A stretch of 20,219 bases of DNA. It comes from Candidatus Bipolaricaulia bacterium (GTDB lineage: Bacteria; Bipolaricaulota; Bipolaricaulia; RBG-16-55-9). Position numbers and translations under genes: made by a program. Of this stretch, positions 1-7,599 are shown in pieces; position 1 is the first letter of the stretch, and each line of letters starts with the position of its first letter. The notes beneath the pieces are model-generated. The model was not told the origin of the DNA and searched no databases. It saw only the letters and a program-made list of their open reading frames with translations. The stretch is taken from the NCBI GenBank assembly GCA_042219045.1, contig JBDGQO010000031.1, positions 43,317-63,535 of the forward strand, in the 5' to 3' direction.

Positions 1-1514
1 GTCACGTCGACACTCGGGATGGGATAATCCTGCCACCAGCCCTTCACTTCCGTGCGCATGGCGGGCAGGCTAGGCAACTCGAACAGGGGTGCGGTCGCGG
101 CATCGTCGGCGACGATCCACTGGGCGATGGCGTAAAGCTTCTTCTGCTCGTCCAGGTCGGTGGTCCGCTCCGCGCGGTCGATGATGTCCTGCAATCGGGG
201 GTTGTCGTACTGGAAGTAGTAGTCAGGGTTGGCGTAGATGCTGATGTCGAACGCCTCCGCGTGGCCGATGATGGACAAGTCGTAGTTGGCGTTGGAGAAC
301 ACCCGGTCGACCCACTGACCGAAGTCGATGACCTGGATCTCGACGTTGATGCCGACCTCGCCCAACTGCTGGGCGATGATCTTGGCTGAGCGCGTCGCGT
401 AGCTGAACTGCTGCGGCACCTTCAACGTGACGTCGATGCCGTCGCCGTAGCCCGCTTCCTCTAAGAGCGCTTGGGCCTGCTCCGGATCGTGGGGATAGCG
501 CGACGTCAGGTCGACGTAGCGCGGATTGATTGGGCTCATGTGGCTGCCGATCGGCGTGCCGAACCCGAACATCGCGCCCTGGATGAGCTCCTGGCGATCG
601 ATGGCGTAGCTCACCGCTCGTCGAACGCGAAGGTCGTTGAACGGCTCGCGGGCGTTGTTCATGGCGAGGATGACGTCGGTGGTCGTGACGCCGTTCAGGA
701 CCTTGAAGTTCTGGCTCTGTGACAGTTGTTTAGCGTTCGACGGGCTGAAGTCGTAGCCGACCGCGTCGACGTCGCCGGCGCGCAGCGCGGCGAGTTGGGC
801 GCTCGGGTCCGGAATGAACTTGAAGACGACGCGATCCAAGTAGGGCAACTGATTGCCGTTCTCGTCCGTGCCGTAGTAGTCGGGATTGCGCTCCAGCGTG
901 ACGTGGTCGCCGCGGACCCACTCGACGAACTGGAACGGGCCGGTGCCGTTCGGTTCGCTCTTGAGCGATTCGCCACCGCCACCTGGCAAGATGACCGAGT
1001 CGCCGCGGGCCAAATTGAACAGCAGCTTGGCGTCGCGCTCGCTCAGCTTGAAGCGGACGGTGTTCTCGTCGACGGCGGTGACGGACTCGATGGAGTCGTA
1101 GTACTGCGGATTGGGAATCTGGTCCGAGGTCATGTTACGCTGCATCGTGGCGACGACGTCCTCGGCCGTCAGGTCGCTGCCGTCGTGGAACGTGACGTTC
1201 TCGCGCAGTTCAAACGTCCAGGTCAGCCCATCGTCGCTGACCTCGGGCAGGGACTTGGCCAGGCCGGGCACGACGTCCCCGTTGCGATCGAGCTTGACAA
1301 GTCCCTCGTAGACGTTGTTATAGACCAGACGATCGATGTCGGCGGCCGTGTTCGTCGTCGGGTTGAGGCCGGGCGGTTCGGACGGGACGGCGACGGCCAG
1401 CGTCCCGCCTGTCTGGGGCTGATCGCTCTGGCCAATCGACAAGTACGTCGTCGATCCCGCGAAAAGCATTGCGAGTAGGACGACGAATATCGCACCAATT
1501 TTGAACGACTTCAC
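1..1514 (-). CDS. ABC transporter substrate-binding protein, family 5 (peptide/nickel/opine type); 3' end lies outside the window
   Basis: Absent from the ORF track because there is no stop in the window, so I translated it by hand. GTG at 1514 follows SD AAAGGAGG. MKSFKIGAIFVVLLAMLFAG is a signal peptide without Cys, followed by SBP_bac_5 motifs: VYEGLVKLD, SDDGLTWTFELRENVTFHDGSDLTAEDV, PNGTGPFQF, PFNDLRVRRAVSYAIDR, AQALLEEAG. The frame stays open to position 1. Confidence 0.93.
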   Translation of the reverse strand, partial: MKSFKIGAIFVVLLAMLFAGSTTYLSIGQSDQPQTGGTLAVAVPSEPPGLNPTTNTAADIDRLVYNNVYEGLVKLDRNGDVVPGLAKSLPEVSDDGLTWTFELRENVTFHDGSDLTAEDVVATMQRNMTSDQIPNPQYYDSIESVTAVDENTVRFKLSERDAKLLFNLARGDSVILPGGGGESLKSEPNGTGPFQFVEWVRGDHVTLERNPDYYGTDENGNQLPYLDRVVFKFIPDPSAQLAALRAGDVDAVGYDFSPSNAKQLSQSQNFKVLNGVTTTDVILAMNNAREPFNDLRVRRAVSYAIDRQELIQGAMFGFGTPIGSHMSPINPRYVDLTSRYPHDPEQAQALLEEAGYGDGIDVTLKVPQQFSYATRSAKIIAQQLGEVGINVEIQVIDFGQWVDRVFSNANYDLSIIGHAEAFDISIYANPDYYFQYDNPRLQDIIDRAERTTDLDEQKKLYAIAQWIVADDAATAPLFELPSLPAMRTEVKGWWQDYPIPSVDV

Positions 1515-1622
1515 AATCAATTCCTCCTTTGGATTCGCTTTTGCAAGATCTCCTATCCCTCGTTCGTCGTCACGTCCGTCGGGCGTCCGTCCGTATCACC
1601 TCCCTCCTCATGATGCGGATCC

Positions 1623-2939
1623 TTAGGCAGTGGCGCGTTCGACACTTGCATGTCGATCCGCAACCTCGAGCGCCCGATCGATCAGCTGGATTCCCTCCTC
1701 GAGCTCGTCGTCCGCGATGACGAGCGGGGGCGCGAAGACGATGACGCTGCGCATCGCAATAACGTGGGCGCCGAGTTCCATGCAACGCTTGGCGACTTCC
1801 TTGACGACGCTGTCAGGCATGGGCGCCTTTGTCTCGCGGTCTTGGACGAGCTCGAGCCCCCAGAACAGGCCAAGGCCGCGAACCTCGCCGATAGAGGGGT
1901 GGCGCGCTTGGAGCCCGTGCAGCTCCATTTCCACGTGCGCCCCCTTGGCCTTGACTCGGGGAATCAACTCGTCCTCTTCGTAGACCTGGATCGTCCGCAG
2001 GGCCGCTGCGCAGGTCAGCGGATGCGCGGCATACGTATGGCCCTGAGCAAAGTTGGCGGTTTCGAAGAACTCGGCAATCTCGTCGCTCACGATCGCTGCG
2101 CCGATGGGCAGATAGGCAGCTGACAAGCCCTTCGCCATGGTCATGACGTCCGGCGTGACGTCCCAGTGATCGACGGCGAACCATTCGCCCGTTCGGCCGA
2201 AGCCGCTCATGACCTCGTCGGCGACCAGCAACGCACCATGGCTGTGACAGATCTCCTTGAGCCGTGGCAGATATCCGTCGGGTGGCACGATGACGCCGTT
2301 GGAGCCGACAACGGGTTCGACGAAGACAGCGCCAACGGTGTCGCCCTCCAGGCAGAGGATCTCGTCAATGTAGTCGAGCGTCTGCATGGGATCGCGGAAC
2401 GTGGAGCGATAGGGATAGACGTCGGGGGCGCGGATGACGCCCGGAAGCGCCGGCTCTGACGCGAGCCGCCGCGTCTCACCCGTCAGCGAGATCGCCCCGA
2501 ACGTTGCTCCATGATAGGTGCGATAGCGGGCCATGACCTTGTACTTGCCCGTGTAGAAACGGGCAACTTTGAGCGCCGCTTCGATGGCTTCCGCCCCGCT
2601 CGGCGTGAAGAACGTCTTATGCAGGTTCCCGGGTGTGACCTGAGCCAGTTTGTGGCCGAGTCGAGCCCGGACCTCGGTGGTGAACTTTTTCGGGGCCACA
2701 TAGGCAACTCGCGCCGCTTGTTCGGCAATGGCGTCCGTGATCCGCGAATCGTTGTGGCCCAGATGGGAGCACATCAGTTGGCTGGACAGGTCCAAATACG
2801 TGTTGCCATCCGCGTCGGTAAAGCGTACTCCATCTGCGTCCACGACCTCCTTCGGGGCCGCGTCCCGCTGGACCGACCACGAGGTGAAGACGTGCTCTCG
2901 GTCCAACGCTTCAATTTCGTTCATTTCGGGCTCTGACAT
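1623..2939 (-). CDS. Class III PLP-dependent aminotransferase (omega-amino acid type, e.g. beta-alanine/taurine:pyruvate)
   Basis: 438 aa with motifs SGAEAIEAA, YHGAT, EPVVGSNG, DEVMSGFGRTG, MTMAKGL (PLP lysine), GHTY and RGLGL. SD AAGGAG upstream. The substrate is inferred only from the neighbouring MMSDH. Confidence 0.92.
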   Translation of the reverse strand: MSEPEMNEIEALDREHVFTSWSVQRDAAPKEVVDADGVRFTDADGNTYLDLSSQLMCSHLGHNDSRITDAIAEQAARVAYVAPKKFTTEVRARLGHKLAQVTPGNLHKTFFTPSGAEAIEAALKVARFYTGKYKVMARYRTYHGATFGAISLTGETRRLASEPALPGVIRAPDVYPYRSTFRDPMQTLDYIDEILCLEGDTVGAVFVEPVVGSNGVIVPPDGYLPRLKEICHSHGALLVADEVMSGFGRTGEWFAVDHWDVTPDVMTMAKGLSAAYLPIGAAIVSDEIAEFFETANFAQGHTYAAHPLTCAAALRTIQVYEEDELIPRVKAKGAHVEMELHGLQARHPSIGEVRGLGLFWGLELVQDRETKAPMPDSVVKEVAKRCMELGAHVIAMRSVIVFAPPLVIADDELEEGIQLIDRALEVADRHASVERATA

Positions 2940-3009
2940 GGCGCTAGCTCCTTATGGATCATGCTGCATGAGCCGGCCCCATGGAGCGCGTAGGCATCGT
3001 CGGATGCGT

Positions 3010-4476
3010 TCAGTCCATGGGCCAACGCTCGACCACGACCTTCTTTTCGGTGTAGAAGTCGACGGCGTCGCGGCCTTGGCCGTGGAGATCGCCAAAGAAG
3101 CTCTCCTTCTGGCCGGAGAAGGGGAAGTAGGCAATGGGCGCGGCGACGCCGACGTTGATCCCAACGTTGCCCGCCTCCACGTCGTAGCGGAACTTGCGCG
3201 CGGCCGCCCCGCTCCGGGTGAACAGGCAGGCCATGTTGCCGTACTCGCTCCGATTGACGAGTTCAATGGCTTCATCGACGGTCGAGGCGTGCATCAGGCC
3301 CAGGACCGGGCCGAAGACCTCGGTATGGGCCAAATTGCTGTTCGGATCCAGATCGTCGATCACCGTCGGCTCCACAAAATAGCCCCGCTCGTAGCCCGAC
3401 ACCTGCGCGTCGCGGCCGTCGACAACCGGCTTGGCCCCCTCGTCGATGCCCTGCTCTATTAACCTCTGGACGCGCTCCTGGCTGTCCTTGGTGATCACAG
3501 GACCCATCTCGACGTCGTCCTCGAGGCCATAGCCGACGTTGAGGCTCTGGGCCGACTCGGCGATCGCTTCCTTGAACGTGTCTTGGGCCTCGCCGACGGT
3601 GACCGCCAGCGAGGCGGCAAGGCAGCGCTGGCCCGCACAGCCGAACGCCGAGTTCGTCGCGAAGCGCGTCGCGTCCTCCATGTCCGCGTCCGGCAGCACG
3701 ATGACCGGGTTCTTCGCCCCGCCCTGGCACTGGGCCCGTTTCCCATTGGCGGTTGCCCGCGCGTAGACGTGTCGGGCGACGGGCGTGGAGCCGACAAAGC
3801 TGATCGCCCGAATCGCCGGGTGATCCAAGATGGCATCGACGGTCTCCGTGGCACCATGGACGAGCTGGACCACGCCGGCCGGCAGTTCGAGCTGCTCGAG
3901 CAACTCGACGATCCTCGTCGCCGTCATGGGGACCTTTTCGCTCGGCTTCAAGATGAAGGGGTTGCCGCAGGCGATCGCGTACGGCAAAAACCACAACGGA
4001 ATCATGCCGGGGAAGTTGAACGGCGTAATCGCGGCGGTGACGCCGACGGGCTGACGAATCATCGTCTCGTCGATGCCGCTGGAAATGTCCTCATTGTTGT
4101 AGCCCTGCATGAGCATGGGCATGCCGCAGGCCGCCTCGACGTTTTCGATGCCCCGTTGGAGCTCGCCACGGCTCTCCCTGAACGTCTTGCCGCACTCGTC
4201 AGTGACCGTCCGCGCCAGCTCGTCGAGGTTGGCCTCGAGCAAGCCTTTGAGCTCGAACAGATACTGAACCCGCTCGGCGACTGGCGTCCGTCGCCAAGTT
4301 CTAAACGCCGCCACTGCATGGCGGGCCGCCTCGTCGACATCGTCCGTCGTGGAGAGCGGAACCTGGGCGATGGCCTCGGCCGTCGCCGGATTGACGACAT
4401 CCAAGCTCTCCTCGGCCCGCGATGCCTGCCACCGGCCATTGATGTAGTTGGACAGCGGTCGATTGGGATCCGGCAT
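3010..4476 (-). CDS. mmsA: CoA-acylating methylmalonate/malonate-semialdehyde dehydrogenase
   Basis: 488 aa ALDH with MMSDH subfamily signatures [42 protein letters not shown] (catalytic Cys), EVFGPV and [31 protein letters not shown]. Confidence 0.93.
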   Translation of the reverse strand: MPDPNRPLSNYINGRWQASRAEESLDVVNPATAEAIAQVPLSTTDDVDEAARHAVAAFRTWRRTPVAERVQYLFELKGLLEANLDELARTVTDECGKTFRESRGELQRGIENVEAACGMPMLMQGYNNEDISSGIDETMIRQPVGVTAAITPFNFPGMIPLWFLPYAIACGNPFILKPSEKVPMTATRIVELLEQLELPAGVVQLVHGATETVDAILDHPAIRAISFVGSTPVARHVYARATANGKRAQCQGGAKNPVIVLPDADMEDATRFATNSAFGCAGQRCLAASLAVTVGEAQDTFKEAIAESAQSLNVGYGLEDDVEMGPVITKDSQERVQRLIEQGIDEGAKPVVDGRDAQVSGYERGYFVEPTVIDDLDPNSNLAHTEVFGPVLGLMHASTVDEAIELVNRSEYGNMACLFTRSGAAARKFRYDVEAGNVGINVGVAAPIAYFPFSGQKESFFGDLHGQGRDAVDFYTEKKVVVERWPMD

Positions 4477-4677
4477 CGCTCCTCCTTTTTTTCTCGCTTT
4501 GGCCAGAGATCGGCACTTGAAGTCGTGGCGAACGGCCTTACCGTTCGCTAGCGCGAACTGCCTCTTTTGTCAAGACTCGCTCGTAACATGCGATGACCCT
4601 GCCACGACACGGCGAACGCGTCAATACGGAAGTTCGCTATTATGTGGTCTATGACAGGAATGATGAAGCCGAATCAA

Positions 4678-4706
4678 ACAATATCCGTCAGATGAAGTAT
4701 TGTCAG
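4678..4706 (-). promoter_or_regulatory. Candidate sigma70 promoter for the mmsA-aminotransferase operon
   Basis: Minus strand CTGACA (4706-4701), 17 nt, TATTGT (4683-4678) in an AT-rich stretch. An alternative is TTGACA (4573-4568), 17 nt, weak TAGCGA. Confidence 0.4.
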
Positions 4707-4810
4707 TCAACTGAAGTGCCTTCCGAAATTGTCAGTTTTGTGCTATCTATGCATACGGCGAGGGCCGGCCCCGGCGCACGGTCGCGCGTGAACACCCCCG
4801 CGCTTATCGG

Positions 4811-4839
4811 TTGAATGCCCCCACTCGAGGGGCCATAAT
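4811..4839 (+). promoter_or_regulatory. Candidate sigma70 promoter for tsaE
   Basis: TTGAAT (4811-4816), 17 nt, CATAAT (4834-4839), 45 nt before the ATG. Confidence 0.55.
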
Positions 4840-4884
4840 CCGGATCGAAACGATGCCGAGCGACCCGGACTGACGACATCATCC

Positions 4885-5316
4885 ATGAGAGTCGAACAAG
4901 ATCGTCGATCGGACAGCGCAGAGCGGACCCACACGTGGGGCCGTGATCTCGCAGAGCGTCTGAAGCCTGGGGTTTGCGTTCTGCTTGTTGGGGACCTCGG
5001 GGCCGGCAAGACGACGCTCATGCGCGGGATCGCCGAGGGGTTGGGCATCGATCCCACCGAGATCCACTCGCCCACGTTCGTGCTGATCCACGAGCACGAG
5101 GGCCGACTGCCGCTCTATCACGTCGACGCCTATCGCGTTAGCGATCCCGATGAGCTGGTTGAAGTGGGGCTATTGGAGTATTTGCACGGGGACGGGGTAA
5201 CGGTGATCGAGTGGGGCGATCAGGTCCGAACGCTCGTTCCGGACGACGCTTGGGAAATCCGGCTTCATCACGTTGACGAGGGGCGGCGCCGGATCGAGTT
5301 GGTTGTTCCGAGCTGA
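4885..5316 (+). CDS. tsaE: tRNA threonylcarbamoyladenosine biosynthesis ATPase TsaE
   Basis: 143 aa with Walker A GDLGAGKTT and the family motifs SPTF, YHVDAYR and IEW. Confidence 0.96.
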   Translation: MRVEQDRRSDSAERTHTWGRDLAERLKPGVCVLLVGDLGAGKTTLMRGIAEGLGIDPTEIHSPTFVLIHEHEGRLPLYHVDAYRVSDPDELVEVGLLEYLHGDGVTVIEWGDQVRTLVPDDAWEIRLHHVDEGRRRIELVVPS

Positions 5317-5374
5317 ATCCAAGCCAATACGGGGGAGTGCGAGCGATGCCAGAATGCGCTACCATCCCGGTGTT

Positions 5375-5563
5375 ATGGAGTTCGATGAACTGGCGGATGG
5401 GGTTATGCCGAGCGATACCTACGTCTCACTGACGTTGGACGAAGAGTCGGGGGAGATCGGAATCCAGTACGGGTATGCCTTGATCAGCATCCCGCGGGAG
5501 GACCTCCCCGAGATGATCGACGTGTTGCGGGACGCGCAGGAGCAGCTGAACATGCTCGGCTGA
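5375..5563 (+). CDS. Small acidic hypothetical protein (62 aa)
   Basis: MEFDELADGV...EQLNMLG. It fills the tsaE-csaA gap and has GC-rich third codon positions. The track's upstream extension to 5273 overlaps tsaE and looks non-coding. Confidence 0.7.
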   Translation: MEFDELADGVMPSDTYVSLTLDEESGEIGIQYGYALISIPREDLPEMIDVLRDAQEQLNMLG

Positions 5564-5626
5564 ATCGGGCGCGGGCTTGTTGCTGCTCGTCCTGACAGAC
5601 GCCCGACAACCGAAGGAGGAGGCCCA

Positions 5627-5977
5627 TTGTCTCGGGACAAGCCTGAGATTTCCTTTGAGGATTTTCAAAAGGTGTCCATGCGGGTGGGGCAGATCACCCG
5701 AGTCGAGGCCTTCCCGGAGGCCCAGACGCCGGCCTACAAGCTCTGGGTCGACTTTGGGCCGTACGGCGTCAAAAAGTCCTCGGCCCAGTTGCCCGAGTGG
5801 TATCCCGAACCGAACGCGCTGATCGGCCGGCGCGTCGTCGCCGTGACGAACTTCCCGGCGAAGCAGATCGGCCCCATGACGAGCGAGGTGCTCGTCCTCG
5901 GGGCCATCCAGTCCGACGATCGCGTGGTGCTGCTCCAGCCCGATGACGCCTCGGAGCTGGGCGCGCCGATCGAGTAG
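5627..5977 (+). CDS. csaA: CsaA-type tRNA-binding/secretion chaperone (OB fold)
   Basis: 116 aa with ISFEDFQKVSMRVG, PAYKLWVDFG, KKSSAQL and NFPAKQIGPMTSEVLVLG. TTG start after SD AAGGAGGAGG. Confidence 0.9.
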   Translation: MSRDKPEISFEDFQKVSMRVGQITRVEAFPEAQTPAYKLWVDFGPYGVKKSSAQLPEWYPEPNALIGRRVVAVTNFPAKQIGPMTSEVLVLGAIQSDDRVVLLQPDDASELGAPIE

Positions 5978-5980
5978 CGC

Positions 5981-6316
5981 TCACACGAGCACTTGGAGGA
6001 GCCAGAGCGCAATCATCCCGACGCCGATCGTGGCGACCATGTTCTGCGTCCGCCAAGCAACCAGACCGGCCGTAATTCCCGCCAATAGCCGTTCGTTGCC
6101 CAGCGACAACGCGATGCCGCCGTCGGGCGCGATCAACTCCGGCGCGACGATCGCGGCCAGCACGGCGGCCGGCACGTAGACGAGCGCCCGTTCGACGATC
6201 TCGGGAATCGCCAAGCGCTGCCAGAGCGCCACGAAGGAAAACCGCCACGCGAACGTGACGAGCCCGATCGCCGCCAGCGTCGCCCACAGGGCGGGCGTCG
6301 TCACGACGTCCTCCAT
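5981..6316 (-). CDS. azlD: AzlD-domain membrane protein (small subunit of a branched-chain amino acid exporter)
   Basis: 111 aa, hydrophobic, with TFAWRFSF, ALVYVPAAVLAAIVAPEL and VAWRTQNMVATIGVGM. Overlaps the 3' end of azlC. Confidence 0.85.
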   Translation of the reverse strand: MEDVVTTPALWATLAAIGLVTFAWRFSFVALWQRLAIPEIVERALVYVPAAVLAAIVAPELIAPDGGIALSLGNERLLAGITAGLVAWRTQNMVATIGVGMIALWLLQVLV

Positions 6317-7026
6317 GTCTCAACCAACGTCCCGACGCCGATCCCACTGAGCGCCGCGACCATGAGCCCCATGTTGAAGGGCAACCCCATGGCAACGATG
6401 GCGACGACGCCGGCCGCTGCCGCCGCGCTCGCTCCCGCCCGATCGCGAATCACGGGCGCCAGCAGCGACAGGAAGATCAGAGGCACCGCGAAGTCGAGCG
6501 ACCAGCTTTCCGGAATGCGGGCTCCCAGGACGGCGCCCGCGATCGTCGTCGTCTGCCAGGTGAGCCAGAGCACGAGCGAGAGGCCGAGGTAGTAGCCGCG
6601 CGGATCGCTCGGCTCGTGCTGTTCGTAGCGGATGATCGCCAGCGCGTAGGCCTGGTCCGTGAGGACGTAGGCCATCAGGCTGCGCCAGCCGAGCGACAGT
6701 CGCTGCCAGTGGGGCGCGAGCGAGGCGCTGTACATGAGGAACCGGGCGTTGATGAGCGCCGCCGTGAGCCAGACGATCGGCGCCGTTGCGCCCGCGCCGA
6801 TCAGCTCTAGGGCGGCCAGCTGCGAGGCCCCTGCGAAGACCATCATCGACATGGCGCTCGCTTCCAGCGTCGACAGTCCGGCGCCAGTGGCAGTGACGCC
6901 GACGATCATGCCGAACGGGGCGACGCCCAACAGCAAGGGGAAGGCCGCCTTGAGACCTCGACGGAACTCTTGGCGCCATGCGCCCGTTTGCGAGGCGCTC
7001 TTCGTCGGGTGTCTGGGATCGCTCAT
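6301..7026 (-). CDS. azlC: AzlC-family branched-chain amino acid exporter permease
   Basis: 241 aa with PFGMIVG, MSMMVFAGASQLA, INARFLMYSASL, LTDQAYA and LDFAVPLIF. Confidence 0.92.
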   Translation of the reverse strand: MSDPRHPTKSASQTGAWRQEFRRGLKAAFPLLLGVAPFGMIVGVTATGAGLSTLEASAMSMMVFAGASQLAALELIGAGATAPIVWLTAALINARFLMYSASLAPHWQRLSLGWRSLMAYVLTDQAYALAIIRYEQHEPSDPRGYYLGLSLVLWLTWQTTTIAGAVLGARIPESWSLDFAVPLIFLSLLAPVIRDRAGASAAAAAGVVAIVAMGLPFNMGLMVAALSGIGVGTLVETWRTS

Positions 7027-7538
7027 GGATCCTCGGCGTTCCCGCCCGAGGGACGTTCTTGCGCCAGGAGGGCCTTTTTGATGGACGCGCCAAGGCCATA
7101 GCCACCCCCATCACCATCCGAGCGAACCACCCGATGGCAAGGAATCACGAGCGGAACCGGATTCGCAGCACAGGCGTTGGCCACGGCCCGGGCGGCCTTA
7201 GGCTTGCCGATGGCGCGCGCGACGTCGCCGTAGGACCGAGTTTCGCCATAGGGAATGCGTCGCAGCTCTTCCCAAACGCGTTGTTGGAACGCCGTCCCCC
7301 GGACGTCGATCGGCAGCTCGCTCGGTATCGGCTTTCCCTGAAGGAACGCCAGGATCTCCCGAGTCCCGTCGTGGAGACGGTCATCGCAACGGAACGTTGC
7401 GCTCGGGAACGTCTCCCGCAACGTTGCCGCCAACGCCTCATCCGACGGGGCCATGCTGACCGCGCAAACCCCTCGATCCGTGGTGGCGACGAGCAGCCGC
7501 CCGAACGGACAGTCGGTCAGGTGATAGCGGATCGGCAT
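7023..7538 (-). CDS. ogt: Methylated-DNA--protein-cysteine S-methyltransferase (Ogt / Ada C-terminal type)
   Basis: 171 aa with GTAFQQRVWEELRRIPYGETRSY, AARAVANAC and active site IPCHRV. Its stop overlaps the azlC start (ATGA, 7023-7026). Confidence 0.94.
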   Translation of the reverse strand: MPIRYHLTDCPFGRLLVATTDRGVCAVSMAPSDEALAATLRETFPSATFRCDDRLHDGTREILAFLQGKPIPSELPIDVRGTAFQQRVWEELRRIPYGETRSYGDVARAIGKPKAARAVANACAANPVPLVIPCHRVVRSDGDGGGYGLGASIKKALLAQERPSGGNAEDP

Positions 7539-7599
7539 TGGCGATCACTTGGCGGGGCTAAAGGCGGCGCTCATGGCGAGGAGGCGACGGGACAAGCGG

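Noticed and set aside
4528..4637. CGAAC/GTTCG half-sites as a LexA (Cheo) box, or the repeats as a CRISPR remnant
   Set aside because: The spacing is not the required N4. The repeats are short and irregular, and there are no cas genes.
4698..4741. CodY-like boxes (AATTGTCAG...)
   Set aside because: Only half of the AATTTTCWGAAAATT consensus matches, and nothing suggests a Firmicutes host.
4593..4814. 73-aa ORF in the mmsA/tsaE intergenic region
   Set aside because: It has no SD, AT-rich atypical codon usage, and overlaps promoter-like elements and repeats.
7539..7599. ogt as a truncated ada pseudogene
   Set aside because: The ORF has an intact PCHR site and normal stand-alone length. There is an in-frame stop just upstream and no trace of an Ada N-terminal domain.
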